A DNA stretch of 64,000 nt from assembly GCA_951406725.2 (NCBI GenBank), contig OX597821.1, positions 51,832,001 through 51,896,000 on the forward strand. Direction: 5' to 3'. The DNA is from Octopus vulgaris (Eukaryota). Under the pieces are notes generated by a model. That model was given only the letters and a program-made list of their open reading frames with translations. It had not been told where the DNA came from and did not search any database. Positions 1 to 13,068 of the stretch are shown here, one piece after another (the stretch's first letter is position 1; every line of letters starts with the position of its first letter). The position numbers and the translations under genes were made by a program.

Positions 1-724
1 CTCTCTTTCCCCTTTTCTCTCTCCATATTTATGTATGTATGTACATCTCTACTTCTCTCTCCATCCCTATGTTATAATTATATCCATCAATCAATGCTAC
101 AGCCAGTAATTCCTGTGTGAAGTTCTGTTGAATATATTGGTAACTGATGAGAGGGGATAGTTTTGGTCACACTTAACAATTCCAACAATAGCAACAACAA
201 CAGCAACCACAGAAATCAATTTACTCTTAACAGCAACAGCAACAACAACAACATGTGTTATACATTATTTGTTTGGTTCCATTTATTTTTCTTATTCACT
301 TAGTTTTCATTAAGTGTGGGTTGTATAGGTCTGGAATGATACATATTGACATGGTTAAATACATGGTTTTACAGTTGCCCTTCCATCTGTCCAATGAAGA
401 ACAAGGTTATTTGGAGTCATCTTTGTTGTTCTCCAAATACATCATACATACTATATCTTATACATTACAGACACCTCATACTACATTCAAGACATACCAC
501 AACTATTATATCACATACACTAGACATACACTACCAACTACATCCTACATCCAATGCACTACACATTCCACGCATAACATACAATGTCTTATACACTGTA
601 TACATGATATGCATTTCCCACACAACATACCACATACTACACTCCACTCAGTCATACAGAGGACACCTTACATACTGTATCCCACACACCACACATACCA
701 TATCCTGATTGTGATCATGCTGGT

Positions 725-1400
725 GTAGGCATGAGTGTGAGGTAAAAGGTTTACTTTCCAACCACAGTTCTAGGTTCAGTTCCACTGCATAGCACCTTGG
801 GCTAGTGTCTTCTACTATAGCCTTGGGACAACCAAAGTCTTGTGTGTAGTTTGGTGGATGGAAACTGAAAGAAGCCTATCATATATATATATATATATAT
901 ATATATCCTTCACCTTGACTGACCAGTCCATCAGGTGTCCATTTGACTCCGCTGGTCACAGCACGCTGTCTACTCCTCTCTGGATTGCGCTTTCCTCATC
1001 CATGTGATCCCAATCACCCTCCTGAAATCGTAACTCCACCGTCGTGGAGGCCTTTTGAGTGGTTGTCTCTGCTAGCATGGGTACCACTCAACAACTGCGT
1101 GGGTCCACCAATTATCGGAGAGCCAGGTGATGTGCCCAGCCCATCTAAACTTGCTGCGTATATATGCTACATATATATATATATATACATACATGTGTGT
1201 GTGTGTCTTTGTGCTTGACAACCGGTATTGATATGTTTACATCCCTGTAACTTAGTGGTACAGCAAAAGGCCAATAGAATAAGCACCAGGCTTTAAAAAA
1301 ATAAGTACTGGAGTTGATCAATTCATTTAACTAAAATTCTTCAAGGTAGTGCCCCAGTATGGCCAGAGTCTAATGACTGAAACAAATAAAAGATAAAAGA
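725..1400 (+). mobile_element. tRNA-derived SINE (main ~400-bp family) interrupted by the RTE fragment
   Basis: Head ...ggttcagttccactgc..ccttgggc..gtcttctactatagcc and tail gactgaaacaaataaaagataaaaga, shared with many copies in the window. Confidence 0.8.
907..1158 (-). mobile_element. RTE LINE 3' fragment nested in the (TA)n tract of a SINE
   Basis: Minus strand reads KFRWAGHITWLSDNWWTHAVVEWYP*..KRPPRRW..WMRKAQSR, a typical RTE C-terminus; (TA)n on both sides. Confidence 0.8.
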
Positions 1401-1614
1401 TACTGATCTATCATCAACAATATTCCAGCCATGACATACCAGGGAGCATGTGTCTTTTTTTTATAAATGGTAGTGAAGGGAGAATTGGCTACTCAAGAAA
1501 GTCATTGAAGCTTCCATACTAGCTCTTTTTGATAGTACTACATTGATGATCCCTTTTTTCAGTACCACTGTTTTATTGTGATGACCTCTTTTTTACATTA
1601 CTTAGTACTCCTCT

Positions 1615-2176
1615 TTACATTATTTACATTCGATGGATATTTGTCCTCATCTTGTTTGTTGTTAACACGTTTCGTCTAATATACCCTCAAGCCTTCTCAT
1701 TCCTAAGGTATTTTTCGATGTTATTGTTCAGCTCACTGCTTGGAATCGAACTCGGAATCTTGGGGTTAGTAGCCTGTGCTCTTAACCACTATGCCATATG
1801 CCCGTGGGCAATTATGAAGTGATTTTAGGGCTTATAAATCTAATATTTTTCTATTCTATATTAGATTTATAAGCCCTAAAATTCTCTCCATAATTGCCCA
1901 CGGGCATATTGCATAGTGGTTAAGAGCACAGGCTACTAACCCCAGGATTCCGAGTTTGATTCCAAGAAGTGACCTGAGCAATAACAATAACAATAATAAT
2001 AATAATAATATCGAAAAATACCTTAGGAATGAGAACCCAGGTTCAAAATTTCCCCAAGACACCTGAAGAAGGCTGGAGGGTATATCAACTGAAATGTTTT
2101 GTTAACAGCAAACAAGATGAGGACAATTATCTGTTGAATGTAAATAATGTACATAATTTATCTCTTAAATATAGGA
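1615..2176. mobile_element. Fold-back element: two divergent tRNA-like heads, each followed by an AAT-rich tract and a hammerhead-like motif; 12-bp TSD
   Basis: Arms ~1616-1846 and 1858-2150 are inverted copies; TSD TAGTACTCCTCT at 1603-1614 and 2177-2188; A/B boxes (TGGCATAGTGG, GTTCGATTCC on the - strand). Confidence 0.8.
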
Positions 2177-4599
2177 TAGTACTCCTCTGTTAGGTTCATG
2201 ATCTCTTATATGTATCACCATAGTACTGCTGTTCTATGCAAATGACATCATATTTGTATCCCCATCACCATAGTACTACAGTGGTGATCTCTGTAAGCTC
2301 TTACTCATACCTTCAATTTGGTTTCTCTATATAGTGTAAAGCCTTTGTACTTTCACCTTTGAAGGATGGTTCAATATATTGATTTTGAAGAATTCATCAA
2401 GATCTAAGGATGGCAATGTTTGAGGTAATGTGCCATGGATATTGTCTAAGGGTGAATAATCCTCAGGAGAACTAAATTCATTAGTTTCCAAGCTGCCATT
2501 TCTCTCAGACACACAGATGTTAGCAGTTTCCTCTTCATTGACCTACTCCTTCTTATTCACAACAGACTCTCCAGTCTCTCCAGAGATTGATTTAATAGAC
2601 CATTCCAATCTATACTTGTCCATTAAATGTTAAGGTTCATGCAATTACAGATACCATGAGGAAATTAAACAGATTTGTGAGGAATATAGCAGCAAGTAAT
2701 TCTAAGAGCTAGTCTTCAGCAAAACAATGATGTTAAGTAAAAGACATTTTGTTCAATCACCCTCCTGTCACATCAGCTGAAAATTTCAATCTGTAGCTAT
2801 TAACCCTAAGTCAACCTTGATCCAGGTGGGCTGAGATTAAAAGCCCTCCAGTCATGACCTTTGTATCTTAAAAAGTGTATCTTAATAAGTGCCTATTCCT
2901 TTATCAAGACAATCATTACTGTAATTTCAGGGAGATTTGATTGCTATTTCTAGCATGTTGAATGCTCAAGTAGATCAGACATGAGGTAACCTCCTTAATT
3001 GCGGATAAAATTTCACTTGTAGTCATATATGAAATCAATCTTTGATGAAATTTCTAAAAATCCTGATGAAAATAGTGGTTTAAACCTGAAAACTAAAATA
3101 GTGATTTAATACTTATGAAAAATTAGCAATTCAGATGTGACCACATAGGTTCATATACATTTGTTGTATACCCTGGAGTTAAAAAACAAAGGTTCTTCCA
3201 TTCTAAACATAGTGGCTACCTTGTTATGTTATACCTGTAATATACAGAGGTTGATTCACCTGATTACACCGCATCTTCATCAGAAATTAGCTGTGTGTTA
3301 GATCGATATTAATCAATTTTCACATCAATAATCAAATAATTGATTATATAAAATAATGGATGGATATTGCATTAGTATTGATTTTATTAATCCCAGCCAA
3401 GATAATGTTCTCAGTGATTTGTCTAGGGTATATCTTCACAGAGACTATTTATAGATGTAAGAATTTATAGTCTATTTCGGTCAATGGTTTCAATCCTGGA
3501 TAAATCTTCATGAATTATTGAATAAATTTAACTGCTTGTTCTGGTGTCTTACTTTGTTTACCAACAATAAATCTTATTTATTGTCCCTTTCTATTTCTCT
3601 CTCCCCCACCACTCACTCATGGTTACATTGATCTAAATATCACATATACTACAATTAATAATTCTTCCTACTGTTTGTACAAGGCCTGAAACTTTGTGGG
3701 AAGGAGAGAGTTGATTACATTAACCTCAGTGTTCAACTGGTACTGTATTTCATCAACCCTGAAATAACACAGGCAACGTTGACCTCAGTAGAATTTGAAC
3801 TCAGAACATAAAGCTAGAAGAAAGGCATCTAAGCATTTGTCCAACATGCTAATGATTTTCCCAGCTCACTGCCTTTAATTGTTTCTGTTATAGACCCAAG
3901 ACATAATTTTTTTTTTTTGCTGGTTGGGTGGGCGTAGAATGGGAGAAGATATCTGATTACATTTGACTCCAATGCTCAACTGGTATTTATTTTATTGACC
4001 CACAAAGGCTGAAAAGTAAAGTTGGCTTTGGCGGAATTTGAACTCGGAATATACAAAGCTAGAACAGATGCTGCTAAGCATTTTGCTACATGCAAATGGT
4101 TTGTCTAGCTCGTCACCTCATGCTAAAATTAATAATTAACAACTGACCATACATAAATGATTGAGACGTCTGAGTAAGACACTCATTTATGGGAGTCAGA
4201 ACTTCTTATGATGTTACTGCTCTTAAAGTGTCCAAGGCTATAAAAAAAAAGAGAATAAAAACTCGCTTCAGTCATGAATGACCATGGGATTCACCTAGAA
4301 AATTCCCTTCTGCAGCACAAGCCTGGGCAAGGTTGTTTAGGGAAGACCATCAGTCATCCATGCATACCAGCCTCTCCTTTCTGTGGCACCAATGTTATCC
4401 AAGGGAAAGGCAAACGCCAATACAGCTTGGCACCAGTGTCATTGCAACTCATTTCTACAGCTGAGTGAACTAGAGTAACATGAAATAAAGTGTCTTCCTC
4501 AAGAACACAACAGATAGCCTAGTTCTCGAATTGAACTCACTACCTCATGATTGTGAACCTGATGCTCTAACCACTGAGCCATGTACCTTCCCATTTAAA

Positions 4600-4985
4600 T
4601 ATCAACTGTGCAGCCTACCTAGCTGTAGGTAGATACCACAGTCCACCTAGCTGTAACAGGTACCACTGAGTGTTATAGGTCACTGTACTGTGTCTCTGAC
4701 CAACACACATAACTGTCGACAGTCTAGTTACCTAGTTGCATACACATACCACAGTGTGGTATAATTCCCTACACTGTAGGCCAAGACACTTAACTGTCAA
4801 CAGTCCAGTCTACTTAGCTGCAAATAAGTGCCAAAGTATAATATAGTTCGCTGCATCAACAGCCACTTAACTATCGAAAGTTCAGTCCACCAAGCTGTAA
4901 ATAGGACCCATAGTGTGGTATACTTTGCTGTATTGTATCCATTGCCAAGACAGTTAACTCTCATCTGTTCAGCTCACCTTGTATT
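4600..4985. repeat. Diverged minisatellite, ~80-bp period
   Basis: taactgtcgacagtc / ttaactgtcaacagtc / ttaactatcgaaagtt / ttaactctcatc recurring about every 80 bp. Confidence 0.55.
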
Positions 4986-5815
4986 TTCTGTGACCAAAAC
5001 ATATAACTACAAGTATGGTGCTGCTCCTTTTCCAGTACAAATCAAAATTAACTTAATACAAATTAGAATAATTTTGAAAAAAAAATTAATAATCTTGAAT
5101 CAAATTAAAATAGTCACAAAAAAAGATTAAATATGTTTTCAATTAATTATGCTATTAAACCTTGGTTGATAGCATGTGGCCTAGTAGTTAAGGAGTTTCA
5201 CTCTTGATTGCAAGATTGTGGTTTCAATTCCCAGATGGTTTTGTTTTGTTCTTGAGTGAAACACTTCATTTCACTTTGCTCCAGTCCACTCAGCTTTAAA
5301 TGAATAAACCTGTTAAAGACTGACATCCCATTTAGGGAAATGTTGTGATCTTGGTCGCTTATATACCATGGAGATCACTTAACAGACCCTCTGTGTCTTA
5401 GGGTTTGAGACAGTACTTACATATCAAAATTTGTTTCAATGTTTTTGTCTAATGAGTAATAAAATACAAATTATTTTGACTGGCAACATTATTTTTTTTT
5501 TTCTTAACAAGTATCAAAACATCTTTTATGTGTTTAGTGGAATCATCTGCTTTGAAAATACTAAACAATCAATATGTGGCTTGCTGGTTAAGATATTGGA
5601 TTCATGATTGTAATATAAAAGCTGTGGGTGTGATTCCTTGAACAGGAGGCATATTGTCCCTTTGAATAAGGCACTTCATTTCTTATTTTTCCATCCTAAT
5701 CAGCTGAAATAAGTACCAGTAATAGATGGGGATTTAGTTAATTTTACACCTGGCTGTAATCTCATACACTGTGAAGTCTTGGACTATCTGGTGCTTTTAC
5801 ACCTAAGGAGCAAGG

Positions 5816-6024
5816 TTAACTCTTTAGCATTTAAACTAGCCATATCAAAATAGTCTACCTGTTTCATATTCAACCTAGCCATATCCAGCATCTCATACAT
5901 ACCTGCAAAGTTATTCTAAAACTAAATGATCACATCTTTAAAATCTCTAAGCATGATTGATTTTTAAAAATGTAAATAAATATGCATTACATTTGACAGA
6001 ATAATCCAGATGCTTAAAGGTTAT
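5816..6024. mobile_element. TTAA-flanked MITE (piggyBac-like termini)
   Basis: TTAA-ctctttagcatt ... atgcttaaagg-TTAT; same family at 7073-7300 and 59606-59815. Confidence 0.6.
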
Positions 6025-6308
6025 GCTCCATTATGACGAGCTTATAGGCTTGATATAAACTGTCTCGTTAACTTTGAAAGCCTTACTCAGGCTGTAAATA
6101 ATGCATTTGCTTCAAGAAAATCATTCTTCCATTAAGATGACTTGCTATAGTTTGTTGAAACATAATCAGTCTATGTGTTGATGACTCAATGCTAATTATG
6201 AGCACTCATTTAATCACCCAACAAGTGACTCAAAGTGTTGATATTGTCTCTTCTTATCTTTAACACTGACACCTCTGCAAATGTGATGCACAATTTCTGT
6301 GTACCCAA

Positions 6309-7147
6309 TTATCTTCCTAACATTATATGCAGCAGCAATAGATTCCAAATCTTCTCATACAAACACTGACTGTACAGACAAGAGTTTCAAGAGCAGACTT
6401 CTTGTATGGCTAGGCCTCTCAACCACTGTCTTCCCTGTTTGAGACGCTTGGGAAATATTACTATTTGTAGCTTGAGACACGCTATTGTTACTTTAAGGTT
6501 GACTTTTATCATTTTTAACCGTTTAGCATTTAAACTGGCCATATCTGGCTCAAATATTCTACCGGTTTTGTGTTTAAACCAGCCAGCTTATCTTCCTAAC
6601 ATTATTTGCAGCAGCAATAGATTCCAAATCTTCTCATACAAACACTGACTGTACAGACAAGAGTTTCAAAAGCAGACTTCTTGTATGGCTAGGCCTCTCA
6701 ACCACTGTCTTCCCTGTTTGAGACGCTTGGGAAATATTACTATTTGTAGCTTGAGACATGCTATTGTTACTTTAAGGTTGACTTTCATCATTTTTAACCG
6801 TTTAGCATTTAAACTGGCCATATCTGGCTCAAATATTCAACCGGTTTTGTGTTTAAACCAGCCAGCTTATCTTCCTAACATTATTTGCAGCAGCAATAGA
6901 TTCCAAATCTTCTCATACAAACACTGACTGTACAGACAAGAGTTTCAAAAGCAGACTTCTTGTATGGCTAGGCCTCTCAACCACTGTCTTCCCTGTTTGA
7001 GACGCTTGGGAAATATTACTATTTGTAGCTTGAGACACGCTATTGTTACTTTAAGGTTGACTTTCATCATTTTTAACCGTTTAGCATTTAAACTGGCCAT
7101 ATCTGGCTCAAATATTCTACCGGTTTTGTGTTTAAACCAGCCAGCTT
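6309..7147. repeat. Tandem triplication, 279-bp unit
   Basis: Unit starts at 6309, 6588 and 6867; near-identical copies (repeated ORFs at 6406/6685/6964). Confidence 0.95.
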
Positions 7148-7300
7148 GACCATCCCACACATGCCCTACAAAGTCATTCTAAAAATAAGCAACCGCATCA
7201 TCAGAATCTTGAAGCTATGACATAATGCATGATTAATTCAAAATAATGTGAACGAATAAGCATTACATTTGACAGATTAATCTGAATGCTAAATGGTTAA
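7073..7300. mobile_element. TTAA-flanked MITE (piggyBac-like termini)
   Basis: TTAA CCGTTTAGCATT ... AATGCTAAATGG TTAA. Confidence 0.7.
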
Positions 7301-7786
7301 GTAAATACGGCATTGTAAGCTGAAATCAAATTATGAAATGGATTCAGCAATAGACATTTTTGTCTTGTCTAAATAACTACTATTTTAATTTCCACTAGAT
7401 AAAAGCTTTCATGTGACCTTCTTGCACGGGTGATCTTCACACATGAATGTAGTGGAAAATTGATTGAAAATTCCCTTACTGCACCACGTAACCAACCTTA
7501 GCCATTCAATCCATATATTAACTGAAAAAGTTCTGAACCACATTCTTTCTACAAAAACAAATGACTTTTATAATAACAGCCTGAAAATATAGTCTGTGAC
7601 ACAGTTCCACATGGCACACATGTATATCAAATCGAAATGCAAATATATATATATATATTACCAGTCCCATGGTACTGGGTTCTCATCCTACAGTGTAGCA
7701 CTTTATGCAAGTGTCTTCTACTTATAACCTTGGACCAAGCAAAGCCTTGTGAGTGGATTTGGTAGACAGAAACTGAAAGAAGCCTA

Positions 7787-7827
<41 letters not shown>

Positions 7828-8161
7828 TGTGTGTGCGTGTGTGTATGTATGTCTGCGTTTGTCCCCTCACCATCACTTGACAACCAATGTTGGTATGTTT
7901 ACATCCCCGTAACTTCAGCAGTTCAACAAAAGAGACCAATGGAATAAGTACTAGGCTTACAAGGAATAAGTCCTGAAGTCAATTTGTTTGCCTAAATGTG
8001 GTGCTCTAGTATGGCCTCAGTCAAATGACAGAAACAAATAAAAGAATAAAAATAAAATGAATATGTATGTGTGTGAGTGTGTGTGTGTGTGTATAATATA
8101 ATGTAGTTGTTGGTTTTATGCATATATATATATATGTGTGTGTGTGTATATATATATATAT

Positions 8162-8220
<59 letters not shown>

Positions 8221-8277
8221 TACATATATACATATATATGGGTACAAGTAAGTATCTCATTTATTTTCTTATCGTAT

Positions 8278-8339
8278 TTATCACTGATGATGAGAAAATT
8301 CTAAATGAATTAACTCAGAAATTGGGGCCGATTCGATAA
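8278..8339 (+). ncRNA. Hammerhead-like motif in a dispersed repeat (8240-8481; partial relative at 40500-40621)
   Basis: TTATCA-CTGATGA-TGAG..CTCA-GAAA-TTGG gg CCGAT-T-CGATAA; stem I TTATC/GATAA. Confidence 0.45.
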
Positions 8340-8479
8340 TAACTAAATTTTTTAGAAATTTCTGTTGGCTTGCCTTCGAGATGTGTGCTTATAGTGATAA
8401 ATTATATGGTTATTGACAATTAAGTCTATTTTCGGCATATTTGGCATCGGAATCTTTTCTCTTGCCTTTGTTTATAAGT

Positions 8480-8510
<31 letters not shown>

Positions 8511-8512
<2 letters not shown>

Positions 8513-8863
8513 TCTTTTACTTGTTTCAGTCATGTGACTGTGACCATGCTGGAGCACCACCTTTAGTCGAACAAATCGACCCTGGGACTTATTCTTTGTA
8601 AGCCTAGTACTTAATCTATCGGTCTCTTTTGCCGAACCGCAAAGTTATGGGGACGTAAACACACCACCATCGGTTGTCAAGCGATGCTGGGGGGACAAAC
8701 ACACACACATATATATACATATACATATATACGACGGGCTTCTTTCAGTTTCTGTCTACCAAATCCACTCACAAGGCTTTGGCCGACCCGAGGCCATAGT
8801 AGAAGACACCGGAACCATGTGATTGGTAAGCAAGCTACTTACCACACAGCCACTCCTGCGCCT
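8511..8863 (-). mobile_element. Main-family tRNA-SINE
   Basis: Matches the family consensus (gtcatgtgactgtgaccatgctggagcacc...cttaccacacagccactcctgcgcc). Confidence 0.85.
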
Positions 8864-9053
8864 ATATATATATATATGAAGCCAGTTAGAATATGTCCTC
8901 AGTCTATTTGATCTAAGGTAACCTTGGGCCACATAACAACTACTACTAACATTACCAACATCTCTAAAATATATCAACTTTACTTAGTCTTTCGTTGAAT
9001 CTTCAAACTGTCACCTCTCACTAACATCAGTGTTTATTTTTCTGTCTTTCCAG

Positions 9054-9215
9054 GACTACTGTGGACAGCTCCAGAATTATTGAGGATGCAAAATCGACCA
9101 TTAGGAGGCTCAGCCAAGGGTGATGTCTACAGCTGGAGCATTATATGTCAAGAAATCATCTATAGAAATGGTGTCTTTCACTTTCATCCAAACCGCAATG
9201 AAATGAGTCCCCGAG
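9054..9215 (+). CDS. Internal exon of a receptor (membrane) guanylyl cyclase, natriuretic peptide receptor NPR1/NPR2-like; kinase-homology domain
   Basis: Branch-like CACTAAC and a pyrimidine tract ending tctttccag precede the exon; donor is G|GTATG. Translation [54 protein letters not shown] matches the [20 protein letters not shown] signature of receptor guanylyl cyclase pseudokinase domains. Phase 1 at both ends. Confidence 0.93.
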
Positions 9216-9482
9216 GTATGTCTTGTTTACTATATTTGTGTTTTATGTGTGAGTGAAAGAGAGAGAGAGTGTAAAGGAGAATATTGTTGTTGATTAAATA
9301 CAACGTAAACACACTAAACATAACATAATAATTGAGGTTAACATATGTGGTGTGAATAACAACAACAAAATTTGTTAGTTTGTTGTTTCTTTGTGGAAAT
9401 ATGTAACAAATCATTTTTATATAGACAAACATTAGAAGAAAAAATATCACAATAATGATATATAATAATAATAATAATAATA

Positions 9483-10016
9483 AGTGGCTCTCATGGCTTC
9501 TGATCTTAACTGATTGGAAGTGTTATCATGTACATTGTTTTGTCTTGGTATAAAAGATGGGCTACAGCAAATATTCTGCTCAATACCACAGATTTGCTTG
9601 TCAGTTGTTTGACCTTAACCAGTTGAGCATGTCCCTTAGTGGCTGACGATATGTGCATCTCTGATCACGAGCAGAAGTAGTGGGGGAGCATCATAGCCAT
9701 GTGTTGAGAGGGATTCTTTGGGGTTTGAATAATTCACCTCTGGAAACATGGGTGGTTCTTTCAACATCCTTAAACAACCCTTATTCAGGGACCTTTTGTG
9801 CGGGATGGGCTACTCAACCTGAAGAAAATTCTAACTGGGCCCCACCTGCAAGGTCCTGTGCTGTTTATCTTGATATGAGATCACCATGTCGCGCACATAT
9901 GGTTGTGATGCATGTGCCTGGTGTACCCTTATCAGACGGGTAGTCATGATGGGTATATTGGGCTTCGTATATTTTACCCCAGTGTCACTTTGATGGCATG
10001 CACTACTCTCTCACTC

Positions 10017-10043
<27 letters not shown>
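9483..10043 (+). mobile_element. 3' portion of a non-LTR element ending in (AAT)n, inserted in an (AAT)n tract (possibly Dong/R4-like)
   Basis: GC-richer block bounded by (AAT)n on both sides; the clade assignment is inferred from target preference only. Confidence 0.5.
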
Positions 10044-10047
<4 letters not shown>

Positions 10048-10234
10048 TTATTGTATACAGTGCTCAGGTGCTCAGTTTCATCTGCCAATGAGATATATTG
10101 CTTTATTTTAATACTGAATACACTTTTTTTCTCCTTTCTGTTAACATGTTTGAAATTATACGTATAAATGCACACACACACACACACTTCTTTCCTCTTT
10201 CTGATGAAGAGCCATGCTCAAGATGACATGGTCT

Positions 10235-10265
<31 letters not shown>

Positions 10266-10412
10266 GAGATTAGTCAGTGTATACAAAATTATAATTTTTC
10301 ATCATAACTAACATCAACTTTAGATATAAGACATTTTTTTTTAGTATTTACATCATAACCATGCAGCAAATGGTTTGGTCAACAATTGTCATCGGGTATC
10401 TTATTCCTGAAC

Positions 10413-10476
<64 letters not shown>

Positions 10477-10821
10477 TAATGAACTGGATTTCAACCTAAA
10501 GGTAGTAACACTCATCCACTTTGCAACTGATGTAAATAATCTGAAAAATTATTATCACAAATACATATGTGTGAATGTGTATGTGTATGTATGTCTGTGT
10601 ATACATATAATAATAATAATGAAATTATTGTATACAGTGCTCATGTCTGTGTTTACACTCATGCACATGTTTAAATATGTTGTTATATGTTTATATTTAC
10701 TGAAAAGTTTTCAGGTATTATTGTTCAAAATTGTTGCTATCAATGATCTTCGGATGGTGTCGCACTGGAATTAATTCTAAATTTTAACTTGAAGTATTGA
10801 TATGATATGAATAATACACAA

Positions 10822-10945
10822 ATCATTCATTCATTCACTCATTCATTCATACATGCATGCATGCATACATGCATACATACATACATACATACATACATAC
10901 ATACATACATACATACATACATACATACGTACATACATACACACA

Positions 10946-10976
<31 letters not shown>

Positions 10977-11023
10977 TTGCATACATACATACATACATAC
11001 ATACTTGCATGCATACATACTTG

Positions 11024-11055
<32 letters not shown>

Positions 11056-11325
11056 CGTACATACATACATACATACATACATACATACATACATACATAC
11101 ATACATACATACACACATACATACATACTTGCATACATACATACATACATACGTACATACATACATACATACATACATACGTACATACATACATACATAC
11201 ATACATACATACATACATACATACATACATACATACATACATACATACGTACATACTTGCATACATACATACATACATACATACATACATACATACATAC
11301 ATACATACATACATACCTACGTATG
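10822..11325. repeat. (CATA)n / (CATT)n tetranucleotide array, ~500 bp
   Basis: Direct reading. Confidence 0.97.
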
Positions 11326-12440
11326 TACAATATGGTTAGAAATATACAAGTGAATGAGGACATCTAATGACCAGAATGTAATGTATTTTTGTTTTATTAC
11401 AATTTATTAACAAAGGATTGTGTTTATTTTTTAACTTCTCAAAAGACCATTGACAAAGAGTTTGCAGATCCAGTACCCAAGATGCACTTTCAGTTTCATA
11501 CACATTATTATTAGAGTGACAGAATACATAGCAACCTGTCTGGAGCAAAGTATGTCTGAAATGGGGTCTTGGGGAGAAAATGCAAATCCTTAATTCATAT
11601 GCTGCAAATGATCACAATATCTGGGAATATAAAATCTGTAAGACCTTCTTAAGGTTTAATGGATATGTTACCAATGAAAACCAGTCAACCAAGCAAGCTT
11701 TGCAAGGTGGCTTGTTTAGTTGCCAACAGCCCAACCATGCAACAAGCTGCACTGGGTGTATTGTACAAATAGCTCTAGGAACACCATATCCGCTTATGTC
11801 ACAAGGAGTGATGCAAAGGATTAGTAACAGGAAGGGCATTCAGCTGTAAAAACAATCTCAGAAAAATAATCCGACTTATGCTAGCATGGAAAAGCAAGTG
11901 GATGATGATGATGAATGTATATCTATATACATATACATCTCATTTTTTTTTTGTCCATTTTTCTGTGCTGTCATGGGTGGGAGCATATTGGTTATAGTGT
12001 TTTTTTATAGCCCAATGGATACTGATAAATATATCAGCAACATGCTACTGGGAGTTGAACATGTTTTTTGTCAGGCAAACTACAGTATGTGAAATAATGT
12101 CTCTTGTTCAAAAATAAAATACACTTCCATTAATAAAATCTAAATTTATGAACATAAGCTTAACCTCGCAGCCATTGCATATCACATTAACTATAAATGT
12201 CATTGTTTTAATGTCAACTTTTCCATACTTGTAAGGGCTGGACAGAGTTTGCTGAAGGTTTGCTCTGACTGAATGCCATTTCTGTTGCCAACCTGTTTCC
12301 AAACAAAGTAATATTTTCCCATAACTAGACATGTTTTACATGGAAGACTGGAAACGCAACTTTCCTTATATACTGACCATGCTCATTTGCTATTATTACA
12401 TTATCCCTAAACAAGGATACACACAAAACACACAGGCATA

Positions 12441-12643
12441 TACAAAGGGAGTGTTGAAAAGTTCTTGGCTTTGGGTAAAATAAAATACAGGAGGATGAGC
12501 TAAGTACAATTTTATTCAACATATTCCCCTCTCAGATTCACACAGTTATTGCAGCAGTCCTTCGAAGAACTTCTAAGGTTGAGCTTCCAGCCAGGCCTTT
12601 TGTGATACCCTTAAAACCAGGAACTTTTCAGCACCCCCACGTA
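12441..12643. mobile_element. Mariner-type MITE with TA ends
   Basis: TIRs tacaaagggagtgttgaaaagttcttggcttt / aaaaccaggaacttttcagcacccccacgta. Confidence 0.7.
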
Positions 12644-13022
12644 ATTATGTGATGGGCTTCCTTCAGTTTCTATTGGCCAATTCCATTCACAAGGCTTTAG
12701 TTAGTCCAGGGATACAGTGGAATACACTTGCCCAAGGTGCTGCACAGTGGAACTGTGGATAGATTGTTATCTTTATCATTTATCTTTTACTTGTTTCAGT
12801 CATCAATCTGTGGCCATGCTGGGGCACTGTCTTGAAGAAATATTAGTCAAAGGAATCAACCCCAGTGCTTATAATTTTTCAGAGTTGGGTATCTGTTCTA
12901 TCAATCTCTTTTTTGCTGAAATGCTAAGTTTTAGGGATGTAAACACACCAACACCAGTTGTCAAGTGGTGGCGGTGGTGGTGGTGGTGGGGTACAAACAC
13001 TGACACAAACACACACACATGT

Positions 13023-13068
<46 letters not shown>

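Noticed and set aside
255-728. 157-aa His/Thr/Ile-rich ORF
   Set aside because: CA/TA-rich low complexity, no domain.
1901-1975. tRNA-like sequence (ACT anticodon-like loop)
   Set aside because: No proper acceptor stem and embedded in a repeated element; treated as a SINE-type head, not a tRNA gene.
3058-3108. CTGATGA...GAAA with possible stems
   Set aside because: Stem II spacing and cleavage triplet do not fit the hammerhead consensus.
6406-7149. Three repeated 61-80 aa ORFs
   Set aside because: Product of the 279-bp tandem repeat and MITE end; no protein family signature.
10807-11367. Six overlapping 155-186 aa ORFs (HTYI/MYVC repeats)
   Set aside because: Translation of the (CATA)n microsatellite; the same applies to the many YIYI/CVCV ORFs throughout.
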